From Candidatus Eiseniibacteriota bacterium (GTDB lineage Bacteria; Eisenbacteria; RBG-16-71-46; CAZEPH01), in the NCBI GenBank assembly GCA_044229145.1, contig JBGATO010000005.1, positions 1 through 64,000 of the forward strand: DNA of 64,000 bases, given 5' to 3'. A program made the position numbers and the translations under genes. This document shows, piece by piece, positions 1 to 9,288 of this stretch (position 1 is its first letter; each line of letters begins with the position of its first letter). The notes under the pieces are model-generated. The model saw only the letters and a program-made list of their open reading frames with translations. It had not been told where the DNA came from and did no database searches.

Positions 1-253
1 CGTCCTCGCACGCGGCGAACAGCGCGCGCACCGACTCCACGTCGCGCACGTCGGTCCGCACGAACCGCGCGTCGCCACCTTCGGCCTGCACCGCGGCGGC
101 CGCCGCTTCGCCGACATCTGCGCGCCGTCCGGCAATCACCACCGACGCGCCCGCCGCCGCGAACGTCCGCGCGATACCGAGCCCGATGCCGCTCGCGCCG
201 CCGGTGACGATCGCCCTCCTGCCCGCGAGCCCGAACATCGCCTCGAAATTCAT
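1..253 (-). CDS. Short-chain dehydrogenase/reductase (SDR), 5' part only, runs off the window start
   Basis: Manual translation from ATG at 253: MNFEAMFGLAGRRAIVTGGASGIGLGIARTFAAAGASVVIAGRR...FVRTDVRD. Contains the TGxxxGIG Rossmann motif. ATGA overlap with the EVE gene stop. Confidence 0.9.
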   Translation of the reverse strand, partial: MNFEAMFGLAGRRAIVTGGASGIGLGIARTFAAAGASVVIAGRRADVGEAAAAAVQAEGGDARFVRTDVRDVESVRALFAACED

Positions 254-672
254 CGCGCCACCTTCGTCTTCGCCAACGCCAGCACCGCCTTCCATTGTGC
301 CGGCTCAACCGGCGTCACCGCGCAGCGCGCCAGCCGCACGAAGCGCATCGTCGCGCACACCGGATCGGCCTTGAGTTCGGTCATCGACAACTCGCGCGGG
401 AGCGTCTTCACCGGTTCGAGGTCGACGAGCACGCGCTTGCCTTTCTCGTCCGACGGATCCGGATACGGACCGCGCGCCACGCGGCCGATGCCGTAGACGC
501 TCTTGAGCGGCGCGGTGTGATAGAGCAGCACCTGATCGCCCTCGGCCACTTGCCGCAGATTGAACTGCGCCGGGATGCCATGCACGCCGTCCCACACCTC
601 GCGGCCACGCTCGAAGAGCGTCGCGTAGTGGTAGCCGTCGGGATCGCTGAGGAACGCCCAGTAGTGTGTCAT
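250..672 (-). CDS. EVE domain (PUA-like) protein
   Basis: YWAFLSDPDGY...WDGVHG..AQFNLRQVAEGDQVLLYHT...GIGRVARGPYPDP...VDLEPV...L+ELKADP matches the EVE family pattern. Confidence 0.85.
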   Translation of the reverse strand: MTHYWAFLSDPDGYHYATLFERGREVWDGVHGIPAQFNLRQVAEGDQVLLYHTAPLKSVYGIGRVARGPYPDPSDEKGKRVLVDLEPVKTLPRELSMTELKADPVCATMRFVRLARCAVTPVEPAQWKAVLALAKTKVAR

Positions 673-779
673 GCGGTTGACGCTAGCGATCGCGCGTCAG
701 GGGGTCAATCGCCGAGCGGATGCGACGACGCCCGCGGTCACGCGAACCGCGGGCGCCGTGTCGCAGCGAGGTGCCACGT

Positions 780-1451
780 CTAGCGGCGGAACTGCGCCTT
801 GATGGCACCCCAGCTGGTCTCGCGCACCGGCGTCGGCTGGCCGAAGGTGACGTAGACGTCGGCCTGATCCGACGTGCCGCCGGTCTCGGAGAGGTCGTCG
901 GACACCCACATGGCGCCGTGCGGCTGGATGTCGCCGTCCATTTCGAACTGCAGCTTGAACTGCCGGTCCTGCCCGGACGGCGGCTCGGGCAGCAGGGCGC
1001 CAGCGCGGAAGGCGCTCCATGCGTGATCCGGCGAGAGCAGCCCGTACAGTTGCTCCGCCTCGATGGCGTCCGGCGGCGCAACCGACATGACGATGGGCTG
1101 GCCCATGGCGTCCAGCGCCGGCGAATCGTCGAAGTTCAAGAGACGCGCAACCGTCGGCACGCTCGCGCCGGCGAGCGGCGCCACCTCGACACCGCCTTGC
1201 ACGTGCCCCACCGACGACGTCGAGGTCCACGGCCAGTTGATCTTGATCCACCAGCGGCTGTGCCAGCCGGTGGAGTCGCGATAGGACTCGCAGCCGTACT
1301 CGACGAAATCGCGGTTCAGGACCGGCAAGGGCGCCGGAGCGACCAGATTCGCGACATCCGGAGCAGCCGGACGGGCGGCCCGCGCTTCGCTGGTGGAGGC
1401 GGCGACGAAGAGGAGCGCGAACAGCGCGAACGATCGGCAGACTCGGTGCAT
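780..1451 (-). CDS. Secreted hypothetical protein with C-terminal PTPVRETSWGAIKAQFRR tail
   Basis: GGAGG SD upstream of ATG 1451. Signal peptide MHRVCRSFALFALLFVAASTSEARA. Terminal SWGxIK motif. ORF track start at 1742 is too far upstream. Confidence 0.75.
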   Translation of the reverse strand: MHRVCRSFALFALLFVAASTSEARAARPAAPDVANLVAPAPLPVLNRDFVEYGCESYRDSTGWHSRWWIKINWPWTSTSSVGHVQGGVEVAPLAGASVPTVARLLNFDDSPALDAMGQPIVMSVAPPDAIEAEQLYGLLSPDHAWSAFRAGALLPEPPSGQDRQFKLQFEMDGDIQPHGAMWVSDDLSETGGTSDQADVYVTFGQPTPVRETSWGAIKAQFRR

Positions 1452-1554
1452 GGAAACCTCCTGGAGAGGGCGAACGGCAGGAGCCGTGAGTGTAGCGCGT
1501 TTCGCCATCCCGCGCCGCATCGCCTGAAGGCGCACCAATCTGCCGGTTTTCCGC

Positions 1555-1583
1555 TTGAGCAGCGCCGTCCACCTAGGTAGGAT
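1555..1583 (+). promoter_or_regulatory. Sigma70-type promoter for the act operon
   Basis: TTGAGC-N17-TAGGAT about 125 nt upstream of actA. Confidence 0.55.
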
Positions 1584-1708
1584 GCGCCGGTTTGCGGATC
1601 GAGGGCACGGATGTTCCCTGCGAATCCGCCGCACGGGCGGCCCCGCGACGACGCTTTCCGCACCTCCAGCCATGCGTCGCGGTCCGTGAATCGAACCGTA
1701 GAGAGGGT

Positions 1709-2293
1709 ATGCCCGCCACGGCCATGACACGATCGCGCTCATTTCACACGCTCGGAGCCGCCGTCACCCTGCTGACGGCATTGCTCCTCCCCGGGATTCT
1801 CGCCCTGACCACCTCCGGGTGCGGCAGCCCCGCCAAGGGTCAGGCCGTCGAGCAACCGATCAAGTTCCGCCACGATGTGCACGCGGGCGAGAACAAGATT
1901 CCCTGCCAGTACTGCCACGCCAACGTGACCAAGGGCGCCCACGCCACCATCCCGCCGGTCTCGGTGTGCTACGGCTGCCACAAGATGGTCGCCGGCTCCA
2001 CCGAGGAGTACAAGGCGGAGATCGCCAAGGTCATGAAGTACTGGACCGACCAGCAGCAGATCCCGTGGAACAAGGTCTATAACGTTCCCGACTACGTCTA
2101 CTTCTCGCACAAGCGCCACGTGAGCGCCAACCTCAAGTGCGAGCAGTGCCACGGCCAGGTGGACAAGATGCAGGTGGTGACGCTCCAGCAGCCCCTCAGC
2201 ATGGGCTTCTGCGTGAAGTGCCACCGCGAGAACTCGTACGAGAAGAACAAGAACTTCCCGGCGAGTCTCGACTGCATGACCTGCCACAAGTAG
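1709..2293 (+). CDS. actA: Alternative complex III pentaheme cytochrome c subunit ActA
   Basis: Five CxxCH motifs (CQYCH, CYGCH, CEQCH, CVKCH, CMTCH), QPIKFRH, PDYVYFSHKRH and LSMGFC signatures. First gene of the act operon. Start is 1709 or 1724. Confidence 0.93.
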   Translation: MPATAMTRSRSFHTLGAAVTLLTALLLPGILALTTSGCGSPAKGQAVEQPIKFRHDVHAGENKIPCQYCHANVTKGAHATIPPVSVCYGCHKMVAGSTEEYKAEIAKVMKYWTDQQQIPWNKVYNVPDYVYFSHKRHVSANLKCEQCHGQVDKMQVVTLQQPLSMGFCVKCHRENSYEKNKNFPASLDCMTCHK

Positions 2294-2332
2294 CCCACGC
2301 CCGGCTGATTCCTATAAGGACAGAGGACGACG

Positions 2333-5300
2333 ATGTCTGACGGCGTCAATCGCAGAGATTTCCTGAAGATCCTGGGCGTGGGCAGTTCGGCCATCGGTTT
2401 GGCCGGCTGCAACCCGTTCAAGAAGCCCGAGAAGGTCATCCCCTACCTGCTGCCCCCGGACGACGTCATTCCGGGGATCGCCCAGTACTACAGCACCGCC
2501 TGCACCGAGTGCGCGGCGGGCTGTGGTGTGGTGGTGAAGACACGGGAAGGGCGCGCGACCAAGGTCGAGGGCAACCCGGATCACCCGATCAGCGGCGGCA
2601 AGCTGTGCGCGCGTGGCCACGCCATGCTGCAGAGCACGTACAACCCCGACCGGCTGGCCGGCCCGCAGCTGCGCACCGGCGCCAACACGTGGAAGTCGAT
2701 CACGTGGGACGAGGCGCTGCGCACCGCGTCGCAGAAGCTTGGCGCGAGCACGGGCAAGAACCTCATCCTCACCGGCACCGTCACCGGCACGCTCGACACG
2801 TTGCTCGGTGAGGTCGCGGCGAACCTCGGCGCGCGCCGTCTCGGCTACGAGGCGTTCGGCCACGAGGCGTTGCGCGCCGCCAACCGCCAGGTGTTCGGCA
2901 TCGACGGTCTGCCCACCTACGATCTCGCGAAGGCCAAGACGCTGATCTCGTTCGGCGCCGACTTCCTCGAGACGTGGCAGTCGCCGGTCGAACTCGGACG
3001 GCAGTTCCGCGAGCAGCATGCGGCCAACGGTTCGATGCTCGGCACCTTCATCGCGGTGGAGCCGCGCCTCTCGCTCACCGGCGCCAACGCCGACGAGTGG
3101 GTGGCCTGCACGCCGGGCACCGAGGGCACCTTGGCGCTCGGCCTCGCGAATGCGGTGGCGCAGAAGAAGGGCGGCGCGGGCGCGGTGGCCGGCCTGCTGT
3201 CGCACTACGATGCGAACACCGTCAAGACGGTCTGCGGTGTGTCGCCGGAGCGTCTCGGCACGCTCGCCGACAGACTTGCGGCGGGTCCATCGCTGGCCCT
3301 CGCCGGCGGCACCGCGCTCGCCACGACGCAGGGCACGCAGACCGCCGCCGCCATCGCGATCCTCAACTACGTGTGCGGCAACGTCGGCACGACGATGAAG
3401 TTCGGTCCGATGCTGAACGTCGGTTCGCTCGGCACCTACAAGGATATGGTCGACACGGTCGCCGCGATGAAGTCGGGCGCGATCACCGGCGCGATCGTCT
3501 ACGACACCAACCCGGCGCACACGCTGCCGGCCGCGGCGGGCTTCGCGGACGCGTTCGGCAAGCTGCCGTTCAGCGTCGCGTTCTCGCCGTACATGACCGA
3601 GACGGCGGCCCTCGCCTCGCTCGTGTTGCCGATCCACACGCCGCTCGAGACCTGGGGCGACGCGATGCCGCGCGACGGCGTCATCAACCTGATGCAGCCG
3701 GTGATGCAGCCGGTCGCGCAGATGAAGCAGCCGGACGACAACCACGTCACCATCACGCCGCGCTTCGACACCAAGCCGGTCGGCGACGCGCTCATCGCGC
3801 TGGCCAAGGGCGCGAATGGCGCGGCCGCGCTCCCGGCCACGTTCGAGGAGTACCTCAAGGCGCACTGGACGACGGTGCACCAGGCGCACGGCGGCGGCCA
3901 GTCGTTCACCGCCTTCTGGGACGCGGCACTCGCGAAGGGCGGCGTGTTCGTCGACATGCCGGCACGCGGCGTCTCGCTGGCGTCCACCGCGTCGAGCGTG
4001 AACGTGGCGGCTCCGCAGTTCGAGAACGGCGCGGCAAGCTACGCGCTCCTGCCCTACCCGCACGCCTTCCACTACGACGGGCGCGGCGCCAACAAGCCGT
4101 GGCTGCAGGAAATCCCCGACCCGGTCACCAAGGCGGCATGGGACTCCTGGGCCGAGATGCACCCGAAGACCGCCGAGAAGCTCGGCGTGAAGATGGGCGA
4201 CGCCGTCACGCTCGACACCGGCAAGGGCAAGGTGGTGTGCGCGGCCTACGTCTACCCGGGCATCCGCGAAGACGTCATCGCGGTGCCGTTCGGCCAGGGC
4301 CACACGCAGTATGGCCGCTACGCCAACGGCCGCGGCGTCAACATCGCGACGGTGCTGCCGAACGCGATCGATGCCGCGTCGGGCGGATTCGCGTGGCTTG
4401 GTACTAAGGTGACGGTCACCAAGGGCGGCGACCACGTGCACCTGGTCTACACCGGAAACGAAGGCCGCCAGTTCGACCGCGAAGTCGCCGAGGCGATGTC
4501 GCTGACGGCGTTCACCGCCGCCGGCGCCGCGATGATCGACGACAAGGAGCCGACCCGCGGCAGCGTCTACGCGCACCAAGAAGAAGAACTCGGGGTGCCG
4601 AAGGACAAGCTGCCGCCAGACGTCAAGACGCTCGCCCCCACCGCGCTCGAGGCGCCGGGGATCCCGACGCGCGTGCACCGCTGGGGCATGGCGATCGACC
4701 TCAGCTCCTGCACCGGCTGTAGCGCCTGCGTGGTCGCCTGCTATGCCGAGAACAACATCGGCATCGCCGGCAAGGAGAACATGAAGCGCGGGCGCGAGAT
4801 GGCGTGGCTGCGCATCGAGCGCTACTGGGAGGGCGAGGGCGAAGAACTCGAGACCCGCTTCCTCCCGATGATGTGCCAGCACTGTGGCGATGCGCCCTGC
4901 GAGCCGGTGTGCCCGGTGTTCGCGACCTACCACAACCCGGAAGGTCTGAACATCCAGGTCTACAACCGCTGCGTCGGCACCCGCTACTGCCAGAACAACT
5001 GCCCGTACCGCGTGCGTGCCTTCGACTACTTCGACTACGACTTCCCGGAGCCGCTGAATCTCCAGCTCAACCCGGACGTGACGGTGCGCACCAAGGGCGT
5101 CATGGAGAAGTGCACGTTCTGCTCGCAGCGTATCCGCGAGGCCAAGGACCGGGCGCAGGACGAGAAGCGTCTGGTGCAGGACGGCGAGATCACGCCGGCG
5201 TGCGCGCAGACCTGCCCGACCGGCGCCATCGTCTTCGGCGACCTCAACGACAAGAACAGCAAGGTCTCGCAGCTCGCCCGCCAGAAGCGCAGCTACGGCG

Positions 5301-5374
5301 TGCTGGAAGAACTCAACACGAAGCCCGCGGTGTCGTACCTGCGCAAGGTCGTCCGCGACCAGGCGAAGGCTTAA
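2333..5374 (+). CDS. actB: Alternative complex III subunit ActB (molybdopterin-oxidoreductase-like domain fused to Fe-S domain)
   Basis: Tat signal NRRDFLK with lipobox LAGC. KVEGNPDHP. C-terminal ferredoxin motifs CTGCSACVVAC, CQHCGDAPCEPVCP, RCVGTRYCQNNCPY, EKCTFC...PACAQTCP. Confidence 0.95.
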   Translation: MSDGVNRRDFLKILGVGSSAIGLAGCNPFKKPEKVIPYLLPPDDVIPGIAQYYSTACTECAAGCGVVVKTREGRATKVEGNPDHPISGGKLCARGHAMLQSTYNPDRLAGPQLRTGANTWKSITWDEALRTASQKLGASTGKNLILTGTVTGTLDTLLGEVAANLGARRLGYEAFGHEALRAANRQVFGIDGLPTYDLAKAKTLISFGADFLETWQSPVELGRQFREQHAANGSMLGTFIAVEPRLSLTGANADEWVACTPGTEGTLALGLANAVAQKKGGAGAVAGLLSHYDANTVKTVCGVSPERLGTLADRLAAGPSLALAGGTALATTQGTQTAAAIAILNYVCGNVGTTMKFGPMLNVGSLGTYKDMVDTVAAMKSGAITGAIVYDTNPAHTLPAAAGFADAFGKLPFSVAFSPYMTETAALASLVLPIHTPLETWGDAMPRDGVINLMQPVMQPVAQMKQPDDNHVTITPRFDTKPVGDALIALAKGANGAAALPATFEEYLKAHWTTVHQAHGGGQSFTAFWDAALAKGGVFVDMPARGVSLASTASSVNVAAPQFENGAASYALLPYPHAFHYDGRGANKPWLQEIPDPVTKAAWDSWAEMHPKTAEKLGVKMGDAVTLDTGKGKVVCAAYVYPGIREDVIAVPFGQGHTQYGRYANGRGVNIATVLPNAIDAASGGFAWLGTKVTVTKGGDHVHLVYTGNEGRQFDREVAEAMSLTAFTAAGAAMIDDKEPTRGSVYAHQEEELGVPKDKLPPDVKTLAPTALEAPGIPTRVHRWGMAIDLSSCTGCSACVVACYAENNIGIAGKENMKRGREMAWLRIERYWEGEGEELETRFLPMMCQHCGDAPCEPVCPVFATYHNPEGLNIQVYNRCVGTRYCQNNCPYRVRAFDYFDYDFPEPLNLQLNPDVTVRTKGVMEKCTFCSQRIREAKDRAQDEKRLVQDGEITPACAQTCPTGAIVFGDLNDKNSKVSQLARQKRSYGVLEELNTKPAVSYLRKVVRDQAKA

Positions 5375-5398
5375 CGGATCCGGAGGGAGATAACGAGC

Positions 5399-6754
5399 GT
5401 GGCAGCGACAGCAGCAGCGCCTCACGCCAACCTGACCTTCAAGCAGGTCAACCGCGATGTCTTGCGGATGATCGAGCCGCCGACGGCAGGCTGGTACATG
5501 CTCTTCGCCATCGACCTACTGGTCCTGGCATTCGGTCTCACCTGCGAGCTCGTGCAGTTGCGCAAGGGGCTCGGGGTGGCGGGCTACGCGCCGCCGGTCA
5601 TGTGGGCGGTGTACATCACCGACTTCGTCTTCTGGGTCGGTATCGCCCACTCGGGGACGCTGATCTCCGCGGTGCTCTATCTGTTCCGCGCCCGCTTCCG
5701 CCGCACGATCTATCGTCTGGCGGAAGGCATGACGGTGTTCGCGGTGCTCACCGCCGGTCTCTTCCCCATCATCCACCTCGGCCGCCCGTGGTTCTTCTAC
5801 TGGCTGATGCCGTACGACCAGGTGCAGGCCGGTCTGTGGCCGAACTTCCGGTCGCCGCTGGTGTGGGACGTGTTCGCGGTGACGACCTACCTCACCGTGT
5901 CGACGATGTTCTTCATCACCGGGTTGATCCCGGACGTCGCTGCCGCGCGTGACCGCGCCACCCACCCGATCCGCCGCGCGGTGTACACGATCCTGTCGCT
6001 CGGCTGGCGCGGCACCAACAAGCAGTGGAAGCACTACAACGCGGCGTACCTCTACTTCGCCTCGTTCGCCACGCCGCTGGTGTTCTCGGTGCACTCGGTG
6101 GTGTCCTGGGACTTCGCCATGGCGCTGAACCCGGGCTGGCACTCGACGATCTTCCCGCCGTACTTCGTCGCCGGCGCCATCTTCTCCGGCGTCGCGATGG
6201 TGATCACGCTGATGACGCCGATGCGGAAGGTGTTCCGCCTCGAGGAGTACATCACGCCGTGGCACTACGAGATGATGACCAAGCTGATCATGCTGACGTC
6301 GTCGATCGTGACCTACGCGTACGGCCTCGAGTGGTTCGCGGCCTGGTACAGCGGCAACAAGTACGAGTGGGGCACCTTCATGGACCGCGCCTTCGGCCAC
6401 TTCGGCTGGGCGTACGGCATCATGGTGCTGTGCAACTGCATCCTCCCGCTCTTGCTGTGGAAGAAGTCGTTCCGCACCGACATCAAGAAGGTGTTCGTGC
6501 TCTGCTTGTTCATCAACGTCGGTATGTGGTTCGAGCGCTTCGTGATCATCATCCAGTCGCTCGCCCACTCGTTCGTGGTGTGGAAGTGGAGCACCGCGTA
6601 CGCGCCGACCATCATCGAGTACGGCATCACCGCCGGCTCGTTCGCCTGGTTCGGCATGTGGTTCTTGCTCTTCATCAAGCTGCTGCCGGCGGTGTCGATC
6701 GCCGAGGTGAAGGAAATCCTGCCGCCGAAGATGAAGAAGGGGGTGGCCGCGTGA
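5399..6754 (+). CDS. actC: Alternative complex III quinol-site membrane subunit ActC (NrfD/PsrC family)
   Basis: FVFWVGIAHSGTLISA, IIHLGRPW, PNFRSPLVWDVFAV, VHSVVSWDFA, GWHSTIFPPYFVAGAIFSG, GMWFERFVII. Confidence 0.95.
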   Translation: MAATAAAPHANLTFKQVNRDVLRMIEPPTAGWYMLFAIDLLVLAFGLTCELVQLRKGLGVAGYAPPVMWAVYITDFVFWVGIAHSGTLISAVLYLFRARFRRTIYRLAEGMTVFAVLTAGLFPIIHLGRPWFFYWLMPYDQVQAGLWPNFRSPLVWDVFAVTTYLTVSTMFFITGLIPDVAAARDRATHPIRRAVYTILSLGWRGTNKQWKHYNAAYLYFASFATPLVFSVHSVVSWDFAMALNPGWHSTIFPPYFVAGAIFSGVAMVITLMTPMRKVFRLEEYITPWHYEMMTKLIMLTSSIVTYAYGLEWFAAWYSGNKYEWGTFMDRAFGHFGWAYGIMVLCNCILPLLLWKKSFRTDIKKVFVLCLFINVGMWFERFVIIIQSLAHSFVVWKWSTAYAPTIIEYGITAGSFAWFGMWFLLFIKLLPAVSIAEVKEILPPKMKKGVAA

Positions 6755-7266
6755 GCGCTCGCGCTGAAGGCGTCCTCGCCGTCTACGAATACCTCGACTG
6801 CGCCGTCGATGCCGTGAAGGCTCTCAAGGCGCAGAACATCAAGGACATCACGGTGACCTCGTCGATCCCGCACCACGAGATCGAGGAGATCCTCGACGAG
6901 CCGCTCTCCCCGGTGCGCTTCTTCGTGCTGTGCGGCGGCGCGGTGGGCTTCGTCACGGCGCTCAGCCTCACCATCCTGACCGCCCAGCACTGGGGCATCG
7001 TGGTCGGTGGCAAGGCGATGGCGTCGCTGCCGCCGTACATGATCATCGCCTTCGAACTCACGGTGCTGTTCGGCTCGCTGTGCAACTTCCTGTCGATGAT
7101 CGGTCTCGGCGGCTTGCCGAACTACAACCAGCCCGAACCCTACGACCCGCGCTTCAGCGAGGACCGCATCGGCATTTGGGTGCCGTGCGGCCGCGACAAG
7201 GCCACGCAGGTCGAAGCGCTGCTGCGCCAGGCCGGCGCGGAGGAGGTGCGTGTTGAAGCGCGGTAG
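6751..7266 (+). CDS. actD: Alternative complex III subunit ActD (DUF3341)
   Basis: GTGA overlap with actC. Two TM helices with VGGK...PPYMIIAFELTVLF and YDPRFSEDR...GAEEV. Confidence 0.9.
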   Translation: MSARAEGVLAVYEYLDCAVDAVKALKAQNIKDITVTSSIPHHEIEEILDEPLSPVRFFVLCGGAVGFVTALSLTILTAQHWGIVVGGKAMASLPPYMIIAFELTVLFGSLCNFLSMIGLGGLPNYNQPEPYDPRFSEDRIGIWVPCGRDKATQVEALLRQAGAEEVRVEAR

Positions 7267-7777
7267 TCTCGTACTCGCGAGCGCGGCGGCGGTGGTGCTC
7301 GCATCGGGCGTCGCCACGACGGCGCATGCCTTCCCGTGGTCCAAGGACCTGCGCCGCCAGGTCAGCATCAAGTCGCAGGAGATGCCGCGCCAGCAGCCCA
7401 AGGGCAGCGTCTCGCGCACCGGCCGCGGCGCCGAAGTCATCCCCGACGACCCGGCCTCCGACGCGCTCGTCAACCCGATGCCGTCCTCGGCGGAATCGGT
7501 GGCGCGCGGCAAGGCGGCGTGGGACACCTGGTGCGTCGCCTGTCACGGCACCGGCATGAAGGGCGACGGCATGGTGGTCAAGAAGGGCATGATGCCGCCG
7601 CCGACGCTCATCGGCGTCGATGCCAACACCATGAAGAAGACGGACGGGTACATCTACGCCCACATCCGTCGCGGTGGCCCGATCATGCCGCCGTACAACT
7701 TCGCGGTGTCCTCGTCCGATGCCTGGGATCTCGTGAACTACATCCGGGCGATGCAGAAGACCGGCGGCCCCAAGTAG
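7250..7777 (+). CDS. actE: Alternative complex III monoheme cytochrome c ActE
   Basis: Single CVACH. LVNP...RGK, DGYIYAHIRRGG.IMPPY...WDLVNYIR. Position after actD. Confidence 0.88.
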   Translation: MLKRGSLVLASAAAVVLASGVATTAHAFPWSKDLRRQVSIKSQEMPRQQPKGSVSRTGRGAEVIPDDPASDALVNPMPSSAESVARGKAAWDTWCVACHGTGMKGDGMVVKKGMMPPPTLIGVDANTMKKTDGYIYAHIRRGGPIMPPYNFAVSSSDAWDLVNYIRAMQKTGGPK

Positions 7778-7816
7778 GCGGCCCACGCCACTTGGCTCGT
7801 GGAAAGGAGTAACGTC

Positions 7817-9067
7817 GTGAACGACTTTTCGGCCGCACTTCCCCGTCCCGTCTCGCCGGCGGTGCGTGGACTCGGCGTCGCGCTCATGGTCGTCGGCACC
7901 GGCAGCTTCGCGCTGAGCGCCAAGGGCGACACCGCCTCGCGCGCCTGGGGCATGTTGCTGGTCAGCACCGTGTTCTTCCTCGGTATTGCGATGGCTGGCG
8001 TGGTGATCTCCGCCGTGCTGAAGGTGGCGGTGGGCAACTGGGGCCGCTCGATCTCCCGCATCGCGGAGAGCCTGTTCTCGTTCGCCCCGGTGGCGATCGG
8101 GCTGGTCGCGGTGATCCTGCTGTTCGGCGCCAAGCACATCTACCCGTGGGCCACCGAGAAGGTGCACCAGGGGGCGTGGCTCACCGTGCCGACCGTCTTC
8201 GCGCGGGACATCGTGATGCTGGGCATCCTCTGGCTGCTCGGGTCGCGCTTCGTCAGCTTGGCCACCACGCCCGACGCGATCGTGCTGCGCAAGAAGCTCT
8301 CGCCCGCGCAGGCAGGCGCCGACGCGGAGGTCAAGGCGGCGCTGCAGCGCGAGGCGACATCGCACCGCTGGATGGCGCCGGTCTACATCCTGTGCTGGGC
8401 CGTGTTCATGTCGTTCATCGCCTTCGACATGATCATGTCGATCGACCCGCACTGGACGTCCGCGCTGTTCGGCGCCTGGTACTTCATGGGCACGCTCTAC
8501 ACCGCGTGGGCCACAACCTGGGCGCTGACCGCGATCACCAATCGCGATGGCCGCCTGTCGACGTGGATGACGACGAGCACCTACCACGACCTCGGCAAGT
8601 TCACGTTCTCGTGGTGCATGGCGTGGATGTATCTGTTCTGGTGCCAGTACCTGCCCTACTGGTACGGCAACATGCACGAGGACACGCACTACTTCCTGCT
8701 CCGCACGCGGGGCGTGTACGAGCACCTCGCGTTCACCACGTTGGTGCTGTGCTTCGTGGTGCCGTTCTTCGGCATGCTGACCAAGAAGGCGAAGGTGACG
8801 CCGTTCACGATGCTGTTCTTCACCGGCGTGATTTGGGTCGGCATGCTGCTGCAGCACTACATGGAGATCATCCCGTCGCTGTCGCCGTCGTCGATTCCGT
8901 TCGGCCTGCCGGAGATCGGCATTCCGCTCGGTGTCGCCGGTCTGTTCGTGCTGACGGTGTCGATGTTCCGCGCCAAGCACCCGATGATGCCGCTGGCGAA
9001 TCCGCCGGCGACGTCGCACCACTCGCACGCCGCTGCGGCACACGCGCCGGCGCAGGCGCACGCCTAG
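7817..9067 (+). CDS. actF: Alternative complex III membrane subunit ActF
   Basis: Polytopic. DMIMSIDPHWTSALFG, YHDLGKF, WMYLFWCQYLPYWYGN..E signatures. AGGAG SD before GTG 7817. Confidence 0.9.
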   Translation: MNDFSAALPRPVSPAVRGLGVALMVVGTGSFALSAKGDTASRAWGMLLVSTVFFLGIAMAGVVISAVLKVAVGNWGRSISRIAESLFSFAPVAIGLVAVILLFGAKHIYPWATEKVHQGAWLTVPTVFARDIVMLGILWLLGSRFVSLATTPDAIVLRKKLSPAQAGADAEVKAALQREATSHRWMAPVYILCWAVFMSFIAFDMIMSIDPHWTSALFGAWYFMGTLYTAWATTWALTAITNRDGRLSTWMTTSTYHDLGKFTFSWCMAWMYLFWCQYLPYWYGNMHEDTHYFLLRTRGVYEHLAFTTLVLCFVVPFFGMLTKKAKVTPFTMLFFTGVIWVGMLLQHYMEIIPSLSPSSIPFGLPEIGIPLGVAGLFVLTVSMFRAKHPMMPLANPPATSHHSHAAAAHAPAQAHA

Positions 9068-9096
9068 CGCGAGGTCGCTCGGTTCATCGTCGTTCG

Positions 9097-9133
9097 GCGC
9101 GTGGCGCCGTCCCCCGCGGACGGCGCCTCGCGC
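9097..9133 (+). terminator. GC-rich hairpin after actF (possible terminator)
   Basis: GCGCG-T-GGCGCCGTCC / GGACGGCGCC-T-CGCGC inverted repeat. No U-tract. Confidence 0.45.
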
Positions 9134-9288
9134 GCATCCGCCTCCGGTATCGCCCCACGCTGCGCCGCGGTCTTTCCCGCATCGCGCCTGCGCCCATCCG
9201 CCGAGCACCGCGTGAACGCGGCAAATTCGCGCGGCATCCTCTTGCATGAGCCCGGCGCGACGCGGTAATTTGAAGCCTTCACCGCCTC

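Noticed and set aside
3691..3714. Tandem 12-bp repeat GATGCAGCCGGT x2 in actB
   Set aside because: It encodes MQPVMQPV in frame, has only two copies, and is not an array or phase-variable tract.
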